From an uncultured euryarchaeote (GTDB lineage: Archaea > Thermoplasmatota > Poseidoniia > Poseidoniales > Poseidoniaceae): a stretch of DNA of 64,000 nucleotides. The notes beneath the pieces were generated by a model. The model had not been told where the DNA came from. It did not search any database and saw only the letters and a list, made by a program, of their open reading frames with translations. The translations under genes were made by a program, and so were the position numbers. Location of the stretch: positions 5,004 through 69,003 of the forward strand of contig CAXCCF010000003.1 in the NCBI GenBank assembly GCA_963981035.1, written 5' to 3'. Below, piece by piece: positions 13,995-22,549 of this stretch. Each line of letters starts with the position of its first letter. Positions within the stretch are counted from its first letter, which is position 1.

Positions 13995-14867
13995 ATGCAA
14001 GCAATGTTTAAGGGGTCTATCCAAGTCGCTAAGAACATCTTGGGTGTGGCTATGCGAGTTGGCTCTTTTTCTGCTAGAACTACACTTCTTCTGGGACTTG
14101 TAGCGCTATTGCTCATTCCCAGCCTTGCAACATCATATCACACCGGTATCGGCGGAGAACAAAGCAATGCAGGAGATACCATCGATAATGTGGCAAAACA
14201 AGGATGTTTGTGCCACAATGGTGCTGCCGATAATTCAATTCAAGTAATCCTTGACCAAGTTCCATATGCTTGGAATGCTGGTGAAACCTATGAATTCAAA
14301 TTACAATTGATTGGAGGTCCTGCGGGTGGAACTTACACTGCTGGATTCTCAATGCAGATTAGTGCTGGAGAACTCTCTGGAACCGATTTGCAGAATTGGC
14401 AAGAAGATGTGACAACACTCACACATACCGATGCATCTGCAAGCCAAGATGAAAAGTCATGGATTCTATCATGGACTGCTCCTGCTGCTGGAGAAGGTAG
14501 TGTCAACTTCTGGATTACTGGTAACTCAGTATCGGGAGATGGTTTGCCTGGTGCTGATGATAAATGGAACCAACTATTATTCGCACTTCCAGAAGGAGAT
14601 GCAGATAGTATCGCAATGGGAACAAGAACATTGTTTGCTGGCGATGGCAATGTCAGCCCACCTGAACCTGTTTCTCATGGAGTAGACTTACACCACATGG
14701 GTGCTGCACTTAGAGCTCATTGGCTTGGACTACTCGGTTTTAGTGCTGTTATCAGCGTAGTTGTTTTCTCGGGAGTATTGCTCAGATATGGTTTCTCGAC
14801 CTCATACAAGGGCCGCAGTAACTTATTGCGACTTCGCTATAAGATGAAGAGAAGAGGTGATCAATGA
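13995..14867 (+). CDS. Exported, C-terminally anchored protein with a GCxCH beta-sandwich (reeler-like?) domain; first gene of the Rieske/cyt b operon
   Basis: Signal-like N-terminus (TTLLLGLVALLLIPSLATS), KQGCLCHNG, SWILSWTAPAAGEGSVNFW, and a C-terminal TM (LGLLGFSAVISVVVFSGVLL). Its stop overlaps the next start (ATGA). The start could instead be the internal MRVGSF. Confidence 0.6.
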   Translation: MQAMFKGSIQVAKNILGVAMRVGSFSARTTLLLGLVALLLIPSLATSYHTGIGGEQSNAGDTIDNVAKQGCLCHNGAADNSIQVILDQVPYAWNAGETYEFKLQLIGGPAGGTYTAGFSMQISAGELSGTDLQNWQEDVTTLTHTDASASQDEKSWILSWTAPAAGEGSVNFWITGNSVSGDGLPGADDKWNQLLFALPEGDADSIAMGTRTLFAGDGNVSPPEPVSHGVDLHHMGAALRAHWLGLLGFSAVISVVVFSGVLLRYGFSTSYKGRSNLLRLRYKMKRRGDQ

Positions 14868-15310
14868 TGGATGATACAATCTCCACATTATTGCGTGGCG
14901 TAGCAGACGGGAGTATTACTGTAGATGATGCCCGAACTGCTCTACAAGATGCATCCTTAACCGAGGAACAAATGCAGAGTGCGATTGACAAAGGAGTATT
15001 CAATCCTGCAGAACCAGGTTCAATCATTAGCGCCACATTGGCTCCTTCCGGTGCATCAAATTTGACAATGTTATTCTTTGTTTGGGGATTGTTTTGGGCT
15101 TGCTACTGGTCATTTTCCATGCTCTATGGTTTGTTTAACCACTGGGACCAACAACAATTATCATTCCACCTTGCAATGACACTCACCACCATCATCCTGA
15201 TGGGAATTATCTATCTCAAATACGTCCTACCTGATACAATTATTGTCAAGTATGCAAGAAATAAATTCGTGCCTGAACATCAAAAGGATTGGCAGGAGTA
15301 CAAATGGTGA
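14864..15310 (+). CDS. Small membrane protein (soluble N-terminal helix pair plus two TM)
   Basis: 148-aa ORF translationally coupled on both sides. Hydrophobic segments are LTMLFFVWGLFWACYWSFSMLYGLF and LAMTLTTIILMGIIYL. Confidence 0.5.
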   Translation: MMDDTISTLLRGVADGSITVDDARTALQDASLTEEQMQSAIDKGVFNPAEPGSIISATLAPSGASNLTMLFFVWGLFWACYWSFSMLYGLFNHWDQQQLSFHLAMTLTTIILMGIIYLKYVLPDTIIVKYARNKFVPEHQKDWQEYKW

Positions 15311-15315
15311 TTATT

Positions 15316-16164
15316 ATGTCTCGTGAATATGACCTAAAACCTGCTCCTAGTAGCGAAAACTCCTCTGCGAAATCTGTTGGCGATTCATTAATCAATAGAC
15401 GCCAATTCATCAGTTATGGTTTTAACACTGCCACAGGTGTTTTGGCTGCATCACTTGGAGTTCTAGGATTTGCTGCATTAATTCTGCCACCTGGTGGTGG
15501 CGGCGGTGGAGACCTTGCTGCAAAATATTGGGCAAAGGGTCGTGAAGATGAGGCTTGGTATGGTCCAATGCACGAACAGCCAATGAAGAAATCTGATTTC
15601 GTTGCTGAAGCCGCAAAAAGTTCAACTGGTACATCTGGTGCATCTGGTGTTTGGAACGGAGTTCCGATTGTAGTTACATATGTGGATCATGCAAAGAATG
15701 CAGGTAGCCCAGTAACCAATGGAAAAGCAAGGTTCCAATTTATGGAAGGATATGATGGAACTGGAAAGTATGTCGGACATTTTGATGACTTGGCTGATGC
15801 TGACTCGAGATTATTTCCATCGGAAAATTTGGTTATGATATTTGGAAGATGTACACATCTATGCTGTATTCCTGGTTGGCAATTAGTTTCTAACTCCTTT
15901 ACAGAAGATTCATGGACACCTGGAGGCGGCGACGATGGCGGAACTAAATTATTCTGTATTTGTCATTCATCCCGCTTTGACCCTACTGCTTTGGAAATGA
16001 ATGCAAATACAAACCGTTCTAATGGTTCCAACTTCAAATACGCAGGTATTAGAAGGTCTGGTGGACCTGCGCCTGTAGGATTACCAATTATTCCAGTAGT
16101 AGTAAATAGTGACATTATTGAAGGATTACCAGATTATGTGGATTGGTACACATATTGCGATTGA
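15316..16164 (+). CDS. Rieske [2Fe-2S] protein with a twin-arginine signal
   Basis: Box I CTHLCC and box II CICHSSRF. INRRQFISYGF followed by a hydrophobic stretch forms a Tat signal/anchor. A poly-Gly hinge (PPGGGGGGD) is present. Start placed at MSREYD, just after the upstream stop. Confidence 0.9.
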   Translation: MSREYDLKPAPSSENSSAKSVGDSLINRRQFISYGFNTATGVLAASLGVLGFAALILPPGGGGGGDLAAKYWAKGREDEAWYGPMHEQPMKKSDFVAEAAKSSTGTSGASGVWNGVPIVVTYVDHAKNAGSPVTNGKARFQFMEGYDGTGKYVGHFDDLADADSRLFPSENLVMIFGRCTHLCCIPGWQLVSNSFTEDSWTPGGGDDGGTKLFCICHSSRFDPTALEMNANTNRSNGSNFKYAGIRRSGGPAPVGLPIIPVVVNSDIIEGLPDYVDWYTYCD

Positions 16165-16175
16165 GGTGAAATGAT

Positions 16176-17042
16176 ATGACAACAATGTTTTGGATTCTTT
16201 GGTTCTTCATCGCCTTCGTGGTGGTTCTCGTTGCCTTCACTCTACGTAAGGAATCAGAAGATATGCCTCGTAGAGATATTCTTCGCGCTGTTGAGTCAAC
16301 AGGAAAAATGGGTGTGGCTGAGAGGTCTTTCCTTTGGGTATTCTCTTGGCTTGACACTAGATTTAGATTACAGGATTATTGGAATATGTCAAAAGGTGCC
16401 TATTACAATATGCATAGACAAATGCCACTTACTCACGCTGAAAAATATAAATTGAGAATTATCTGGTATTGGTATCCATTATACTGCCTAGGTGGAATCT
16501 CTTTCCTTTCTTTCATCATTCTGGTCATCACCGGAACTGTTCTCGGAATTTTCTATGTTCCTGGAGGAGAGGGTGACCCTGCTCCTGCATATGCTAGTAT
16601 GCAATATATCATGACCGAATTACCATTTGGATATATTCTTCGAGCAGTTCACCATTGGGCAACCCACTTTATGGTTGCAAGTGTATTCTTACACATGTGT
16701 AGAGTATACTTTACTGGTGCATACCGAAATCCACGTGAGTTAAACTGGCTTATCGGAGTTGCTCTAATGTTCTTAACAATCTTCTTTGGTTATTCCGGAT
16801 ATTTACTTCCTTGGGATTCATTAGCATATGGAGCGGCTGTGATTGGAATCAACATGGCAAACTCATCACCATTAATTGGTAAGTTTGCCGCAACTGCATT
16901 ATTCTCCGGTACATCATTAACTCCCGGAACTGTGACTAGAATGTATTTCATTCACGTATTTATTCTACCTGTGATAGTGACTTTGTTGATCATTATTCAC
17001 TTGTTTATTGTCTGGGTACAAGGCATTGCGGAGCCACATTGA
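16176..17042 (+). CDS. Cytochrome b, N-terminal four-helix (b6-type) subunit
   Basis: RAVHHWATHFMVASVFLHMCRVYFTGAYRNPRELNWLIGV...FFGYSGYLLPWDSLAYGAA. Helix D has two His separated by 14 residues (IHVFILPVIVTLLIIIH), which is the b6/Firmicute-type spacing. GAGGTGA sits upstream of the ATG. Confidence 0.92.
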   Translation: MTTMFWILWFFIAFVVVLVAFTLRKESEDMPRRDILRAVESTGKMGVAERSFLWVFSWLDTRFRLQDYWNMSKGAYYNMHRQMPLTHAEKYKLRIIWYWYPLYCLGGISFLSFIILVITGTVLGIFYVPGGEGDPAPAYASMQYIMTELPFGYILRAVHHWATHFMVASVFLHMCRVYFTGAYRNPRELNWLIGVALMFLTIFFGYSGYLLPWDSLAYGAAVIGINMANSSPLIGKFAATALFSGTSLTPGTVTRMYFIHVFILPVIVTLLIIIHLFIVWVQGIAEPH

Positions 17043-17059
17043 TATTGGAGGGTTAATTT

Positions 17060-19873
17060 ATGGGAATTGTAGAAAACCTTGGAAGAGTAGCTTCCTCCTA
17101 TATGGATGAAAAAGAAAACTTGCAAAGTGCTAGCATTAAGAGAAAGCGCACCCCGATGGGTCATGCGTTCTGGCCTCACGAAGTTCTTCGTGATGCAATT
17201 ATCTTCTCGTTTATGGCCGCCGTACTTCTGTTCTATGCATGGCTTATTCCTCCACCGCTACACAGTGCTGCCGACCCATATGCTCAAGCAGGATTCGTTT
17301 TCCCTGATTGGTATGTACTATTCTCATATGGATACCTACGTTGGGGAGAATATCTACCGCAATTCTCCGTCCCTACTGGATTTATTGGTGACATAGTAGG
17401 TCAGCCTGTATTCCCTTGGAACGCAGCATGGTGGGGAGCAGCACTTACAGGAATCCCAGTGGGTATTCTTACCCTTCCTCCATTGCTTGGTGGTAGAGAA
17501 AAGAGACCTGTTGAGGACCCTTGGTTTGCTAGTGCTGGTGTAGTTTATCTCGCTCACGTGTGGTTTATCTCGGTATTTTCAATCAATATTTTCTTGAAAT
17601 TATATGGAAATAATCGTTCTGATTATTGTAAATTAGATTCTCATGGTGACCTATTATGTGGTGTGAGAGACCCCTGGATTGCCGATTTATTCAATGCCAT
17701 ACCCTGGATATTAACTGGCATTCTTTTATGGATAGTGATTTATTTCGTCACTAGATCAATCATGGTAAAGGCATGGGGTGCAGGCTTTACTCCTGCACAT
17801 GGCAAGCAAATCATTGTCGGAGCATTGTTAGTTTCAACCGCAATTTCTGTTTCTACTTGGGATGTATATGACGATGGTTTCTGGGATGCAAAGGGATTAC
17901 TCACTATCGCTGATTACGAAGAACTTGAAGCGATGAGAACTCAACCTGTTGATGTTCACGTTCATTCTACTAACGAATTTACCGATACAAATGGTTGGTC
18001 TGAATCTGAAATCGTTCCAACCACTGCTTGGCTTGATTGGAATCTGTATCAACCCGCGCGATATATTATTACTGATTTTGGAGATGTTAATGGACATCAA
18101 GATGCAGCTAATGGAATAAATGCTGCAGCAACCTCTGATTCATTCTCTGGAGATTCTGCATGGGTTGCTACTGGGTCATTCACAGTTACAGAGGATACTA
18201 CCCTCTTCCCTGATGGACATCACAAGACTGTAGAAACAATCACTACAGATATTGCTTGTGAATACAGAGCTAGTGAAAGAAAAATCAATGATTTGTCAAC
18301 TGCAGATATGCTAAGTTCGACATTTGTTCTAACCGATTCTTCAGCAAATACCGTTTCTTCATTCACTGATTGTGAAGGAGCAACTATTGAACTCAAAGTA
18401 GGAACTTATGATTACGAAATGACAGTTCAAGCGAGTGGATTGCTAGCCCAAAATGCATCTATTATCACAGAAACTTCAATGATGATTTACTCGTTCCAGC
18501 CATTATTAGTGTGGGATAGTGATGCACCTGAAAGTCTTGCAGGAACAAGTGTTAATCTTTCTAGTTCAGAAGATATGGTTCTTGGACAAGGGAAATTCTC
18601 CGCAATAGAAAATCCATCATTCCATAGAAATCCTAAATCTCTGGATGCAAAATTAACCTATGCAATGTTCATCCCATGTTTGACATTTGGCGCACTTGTA
18701 TTCGTCATGCTTAGATATATGGCTCGTGGCTATGAGTTTGAGATGAACAAGTGTTACGGTTGTGACCTTTGTGATGATGCCTGTCCAGTTCGATTATTCA
18801 CTGGCGGAGATAAATTGAACATCATTTACAACTCTTGGAATAATGAAGATGACGGAGTTCCAATGTATTCATGCTTGACTTGTTCTGCTTGTACTAATGC
18901 CTGTCCACAACTTGTTGATTATGATTCATATGTTGATATTCGCCGTGGATTAATAGTTGGAGCATCTCAAGCCGAAATCCCTCACACTGTACTTCAAGCG
19001 GTTCTTTCTGCTGAGGCCGAAGAAGAAGCAGATGCTGACTTTATCGCAACAGAAGATTACCCAATCAACTCAAAGGTTGGATATTATCCTGGTTGTGTTG
19101 ACTATCTAGACCAAGAAATGGTTTTCTCCCATGTAAATGAAGGTGAGATGAACTTGGGCGACACAACAACTGCTGCTTTCACATTGTTTGAAGAAATGGG
19201 CAATGATGTCTCATACCTCGGAAGAGACTTCCTAAAGTGCTGTGGTCATGACCAAAAGTGGCAGGGACTTGACGAAGTATTTGACAAACTTAAGGCATAT
19301 AACCAACGCAAGATTGAGGAATCAGGAATAGATACTCTTGTTTCATCATGTGCAGAATGTTTCAGAACTTTTGCCCGCGACTATGAACTTGAAGGTGTTA
19401 AGGTAATGCATACTACCGAATATCTAATCGAGCAAGGATTTGACATGAATCTAAGTTCAGAGGAAACAACAGTGACCTATCACGACCCATGTAGAATGGG
19501 TCGACAAATGGGGATCTATGACGAGCCTCGTGAATTGATTAACGCTGTTGAAGGTGTTAATTTGGTGGAGATGGAACATAGCGGTGAAGATGCAATGTGT
19601 TGTGGTGTTTCCAGTATGATGTCTTGTAATGAAAATGCTCGCTCACTGCGTGTATCACGCATGGAAGAGATTCGTGCTACTGGCGCAGATACAATGATTA
19701 CATCTTGTCCAAAGTGTGTTTCTCACTTTGAGTGTTTGAAGTTTGAAGGCGATGAAAAGTATGCTGATATTGAAATTCTTGATATCGTATCATTCTTAGC
19801 AAAGCAAGTTGAAGAAAAGAAAACACAAGCAGTCTTAGCAAGTACTGATGCACAGAGCCCAATTAAGGTTTGA
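17060..19873 (+). CDS. Fusion protein: cytochrome b C-terminal/subunit IV-like membrane domain, a ~270-aa outside domain, a TM, then an HdrD/GlpC-like 2x[4Fe-4S] + 2xCCG cytoplasmic domain
   Basis: The N-terminal part has FVFPDWYVLFSYGYLRW (a PEWY-type Qo motif) and about five TM segments. From ~18740 onward come CYGCDLCDDACP and CLTCSACTNACP, then two CCG domains (PGC...KCCGHD...SSCAEC and DPC...MCCGVS...TSCPKC). It is a single uninterrupted 937-aa frame with GGAGGG upstream. Confidence 0.85.
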   Translation: MGIVENLGRVASSYMDEKENLQSASIKRKRTPMGHAFWPHEVLRDAIIFSFMAAVLLFYAWLIPPPLHSAADPYAQAGFVFPDWYVLFSYGYLRWGEYLPQFSVPTGFIGDIVGQPVFPWNAAWWGAALTGIPVGILTLPPLLGGREKRPVEDPWFASAGVVYLAHVWFISVFSINIFLKLYGNNRSDYCKLDSHGDLLCGVRDPWIADLFNAIPWILTGILLWIVIYFVTRSIMVKAWGAGFTPAHGKQIIVGALLVSTAISVSTWDVYDDGFWDAKGLLTIADYEELEAMRTQPVDVHVHSTNEFTDTNGWSESEIVPTTAWLDWNLYQPARYIITDFGDVNGHQDAANGINAAATSDSFSGDSAWVATGSFTVTEDTTLFPDGHHKTVETITTDIACEYRASERKINDLSTADMLSSTFVLTDSSANTVSSFTDCEGATIELKVGTYDYEMTVQASGLLAQNASIITETSMMIYSFQPLLVWDSDAPESLAGTSVNLSSSEDMVLGQGKFSAIENPSFHRNPKSLDAKLTYAMFIPCLTFGALVFVMLRYMARGYEFEMNKCYGCDLCDDACPVRLFTGGDKLNIIYNSWNNEDDGVPMYSCLTCSACTNACPQLVDYDSYVDIRRGLIVGASQAEIPHTVLQAVLSAEAEEEADADFIATEDYPINSKVGYYPGCVDYLDQEMVFSHVNEGEMNLGDTTTAAFTLFEEMGNDVSYLGRDFLKCCGHDQKWQGLDEVFDKLKAYNQRKIEESGIDTLVSSCAECFRTFARDYELEGVKVMHTTEYLIEQGFDMNLSSEETTVTYHDPCRMGRQMGIYDEPRELINAVEGVNLVEMEHSGEDAMCCGVSSMMSCNENARSLRVSRMEEIRATGADTMITSCPKCVSHFECLKFEGDEKYADIEILDIVSFLAKQVEEKKTQAVLASTDAQSPIKV

Positions 19874-19915
19874 GCAATATCAACTGCTAATTCAAGCGAC
19901 CCCTATTGCTAAGAA

Positions 19916-20611
19916 GTGCTGGTGCTAGCGCTATTCATGAACAGACCTGCATTGTATGTACTTACAATTGGCATTGGTTTGTACATCAGTGCTACGGGCC
20001 TGAATGGAATTATTCCGGACAATCTTTCAGAGTGGCCAGTCAACATTTGGTGCTGGTCATTATTCGCATATATCTTCTTGAAAACCAATCGTAAAGAGCG
20101 TATTGAAATGCTAACTGTTTTGGCATTTGCAACTCCAATGGAATTATTTTTCAGCGAAGTTTGGCTAATCTATGAATATCAACGTGGACTAATGCCATTA
20201 TTTGTGCCAGTTGGACATTATTTTCTATTCGACCTAGGTAGAATTATGGCCAATAAAATGAGACCAAATCTAGCAATGATCTCCCTGACTCCATTTATTC
20301 CATTAGTTGTTTATGGAGTCTACAGTGGAGGCGACACATCAGCAGTATTCTTGCTAATCCTAGTACTTGCATTCACAAAATGGGGGCCGCAACCTCGATT
20401 ATATGCAGCGATGGCTTGGGCGGCCTTGGCAATGGAATTATGGGGTACATACCTGGCCAATTGGACTTGGGCAAATGAAGTCCCATGGACCGGATTAACT
20501 GCATGGAATCCGCCACTATTAGTCGGTGCTTTCTATTGTATTGGGGATGTGCTTGTCAACCTAAGCGTTGCCAAGTTTGAAAGAGAAGTGGCCAGCGAGG
20601 TAGTTGCATGA
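19916..20611 (+). CDS. Hypothetical polytopic membrane protein
   Basis: 231-aa ORF with 6-7 hydrophobic segments. Its stop overlaps the ferredoxin start (ATGA). The start is GTG at 19916 or ATG at 19937. Confidence 0.55.
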   Translation: MLVLALFMNRPALYVLTIGIGLYISATGLNGIIPDNLSEWPVNIWCWSLFAYIFLKTNRKERIEMLTVLAFATPMELFFSEVWLIYEYQRGLMPLFVPVGHYFLFDLGRIMANKMRPNLAMISLTPFIPLVVYGVYSGGDTSAVFLLILVLAFTKWGPQPRLYAAMAWAALAMELWGTYLANWTWANEVPWTGLTAWNPPLLVGAFYCIGDVLVNLSVAKFEREVASEVVA

Positions 20612-20940
20612 CCACCAGTGACGAGTTGGCTAAGAGGCGTGCGGCTGAGGCTTTGGCCATTCGCACATCCTTAAATCGTCAACGAGGTGAACAACGAGCT
20701 AATACAAAAGGTGGAGAAGGTACTGTTGCTTTTGTTAAGGCTGAGAAATGTATCGGCTGTGACCAATGTACAATCGTTTGTGATGATGACGCCATCGAAC
20801 TATACAAGGTCGATATGGTAAGTCAATTTATCAAAGTAGAGAGTAACCGTAAGGCCAAAATAATTCGTGATGCGTGTACTGGATGCAGGTTATGTGTACT
20901 CGCTTGCCCTACTGATGCGATAGTAATGATTGATTTGTGA
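20608..20940 (+). CDS. 2x[4Fe-4S] ferredoxin
   Basis: CIGCDQCTIVCDDDAI and CTGCRLCVLACPTDAI. Confidence 0.85.
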   Translation: MTTSDELAKRRAAEALAIRTSLNRQRGEQRANTKGGEGTVAFVKAEKCIGCDQCTIVCDDDAIELYKVDMVSQFIKVESNRKAKIIRDACTGCRLCVLACPTDAIVMIDL

Positions 20941-21252
20941 GTGATAATTATGACTTCAGAGAACAAAGATGATGCTCAAAGATTTGGTGGAGAATTTGGT
21001 CCATACCGTAAGGAAGGAACTCCAGGGGTTAGCCTTGGAACTTTCAAGACATTGGTTTGGACTTCCAATATTGGCGGGCTGTTATTATGTGCATTATCTC
21101 TTGAAATGTTATTTGTTCGTAAAATGTTCGGCTGGGGATTGTTAACGCTAATCGCAGCAGTAGTCATTGCTTTATTCCCTTCAAATTATGAAATTGTTGG
21201 GATGGGCGACGACGTAAATAGTTCTGATGAAGATCTACAAAGTCAGGGTTAA
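20941..21252 (+). CDS. Small membrane protein (two TM), last gene of the operon
   Basis: 103-aa ORF directly abutting the ferredoxin stop. TM segments are LVWTSNIGGLLLCALSL and WGLLTLIAAVVIALF. Confidence 0.4.
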   Translation: MIIMTSENKDDAQRFGGEFGPYRKEGTPGVSLGTFKTLVWTSNIGGLLLCALSLEMLFVRKMFGWGLLTLIAAVVIALFPSNYEIVGMGDDVNSSDEDLQSQG

Positions 21253-21325
21253 AAAATAGTAATCTCTTCAACCATAGCAGTCATGGTGGCATGGAGCAAT
21301 ATATTGCCACTTAAATTGAAGCAAA

Positions 21326-22549
21326 TCAAGTTTCTTGAGCATAATTCATTGCCTCAGAACCCATCGCTAACATCGATAACTCCGCTACTAATGCATGCCA
21401 TCCTTTAGCATGCTCACCATAGAGGTGACCAACTTCCGAATAATCTAAGAATTTTGCACTAGGAGAATTTAAATTATCCATATCACCTTTCTTGTCGTTT
21501 ATTCTATAGAACCAAGATGCTGCTTCACCATCGACCAAATATACAACAGGTTCTACTGGAGCACTTCCTTCATCATTTAGTAGAGTAGGCACTCCTTCTT
21601 GAATCAAGAAATTTTCAACATCTGCTCCACCTTTTGAGTACATCAGTTTCTTCATCTTTCGATTAGACAGTTCAAGCAATTCTTTTCCTTCTTTAACAGC
21701 CATAATACCAAGACCATAAGTGCCTCTATCATTCTTTACGAAAACAACTGGCTCTCTTTCAATTCCTAGTGATTCATATTTTTCTTTGATTTTTGAAATA
21801 AAATCGTCTACTTCTGCTGCCAATTTAATCCTACAAGCCTCTTGATCAAGACATTTGTCTTCTGAAACAAACCAACTCGTCATCAAATGCCAAGAATCTA
21901 TTCCCAATAACTCTGCAATTTCATCAATGTATTTTTGCAGACATGCATAATGCTCAGATTTCCTACGTCGGTGCCATCCCATACTTGGAGGTGGAGTAAC
22001 TTTGTTAGTTGGTAAACCAGGAACAATTCCTTCAGTAAGATCATTATTTAGTAAAATCAAACAAGGCTTTTCACCTTCAACCAGTAATTCCTCCTTTCCA
22101 TCTTCAATAATTAACTCAACATTTGATAATTGCAATGGACCTGATATACCTGCAAGTGAACCATGTCTGGAAAGTTCAGGTGAACCGATTGTACATCTAT
22201 AACCTGATAGTTCAAGCAATCTTTGTATTGTTGCAACATTTTCAACATATCCAATATTCCTTGTGTGAGATTCAGGGTAGAGATGAACCCATTTGCATTC
22301 AGAATCAATTCGCATTATGTGGTTCTTGAGAAGACTTGAAAGATGTTCCTCATCTTCTTTGGAAACATTGTTAAAACCAGCTGGAAAGTGATTTGCATCT
22401 ACAACTGCAACTTTCCATCCAGCATCTCTTACATCTACGCTACCATAGATTGGAATTGGAACTTGGCTTCGCTTCTTTGCCATCCACGCTGTTATTTCTT
22501 CTCTCTTTTCTTCTAAAATATTTGAATAATCATGCACATATGTCATCAT
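21326..22549 (-). CDS. gshA: Probable glutamate--cysteine ligase of the GshA (PF08886-like) type
   Basis: PIYGSVDVRDAGWKVAVVDANHFPAGFNNVS matches my memory of the family's N-terminal signature (SVDLRxxGxKxxPVDxNLFPxGFNN). The start overlaps the asnB stop (ATGA). Confidence 0.5.
   Translation of the reverse strand: MMTYVHDYSNILEEKREEITAWMAKKRSQVPIPIYGSVDVRDAGWKVAVVDANHFPAGFNNVSKEDEEHLSSLLKNHIMRIDSECKWVHLYPESHTRNIGYVENVATIQRLLELSGYRCTIGSPELSRHGSLAGISGPLQLSNVELIIEDGKEELLVEGEKPCLILLNNDLTEGIVPGLPTNKVTPPPSMGWHRRRKSEHYACLQKYIDEIAELLGIDSWHLMTSWFVSEDKCLDQEACRIKLAAEVDDFISKIKEKYESLGIEREPVVFVKNDRGTYGLGIMAVKEGKELLELSNRKMKKLMYSKGGADVENFLIQEGVPTLLNDEGSAPVEPVVYLVDGEAASWFYRINDKKGDMDNLNSPSAKFLDYSEVGHLYGEHAKGWHALVAELSMLAMGSEAMNYAQET

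Noticed and set aside
14190-14215. GCLCH in ORF 13995, with GCTCH in ORF 60486 and CICH in the Rieske protein, considered as a c-type heme attachment site.
   Set aside because: The motif is C-x-C-H, not C-x-x-C-H, and the Rieske instance is the standard cluster box II. I therefore made no cytochrome c call.
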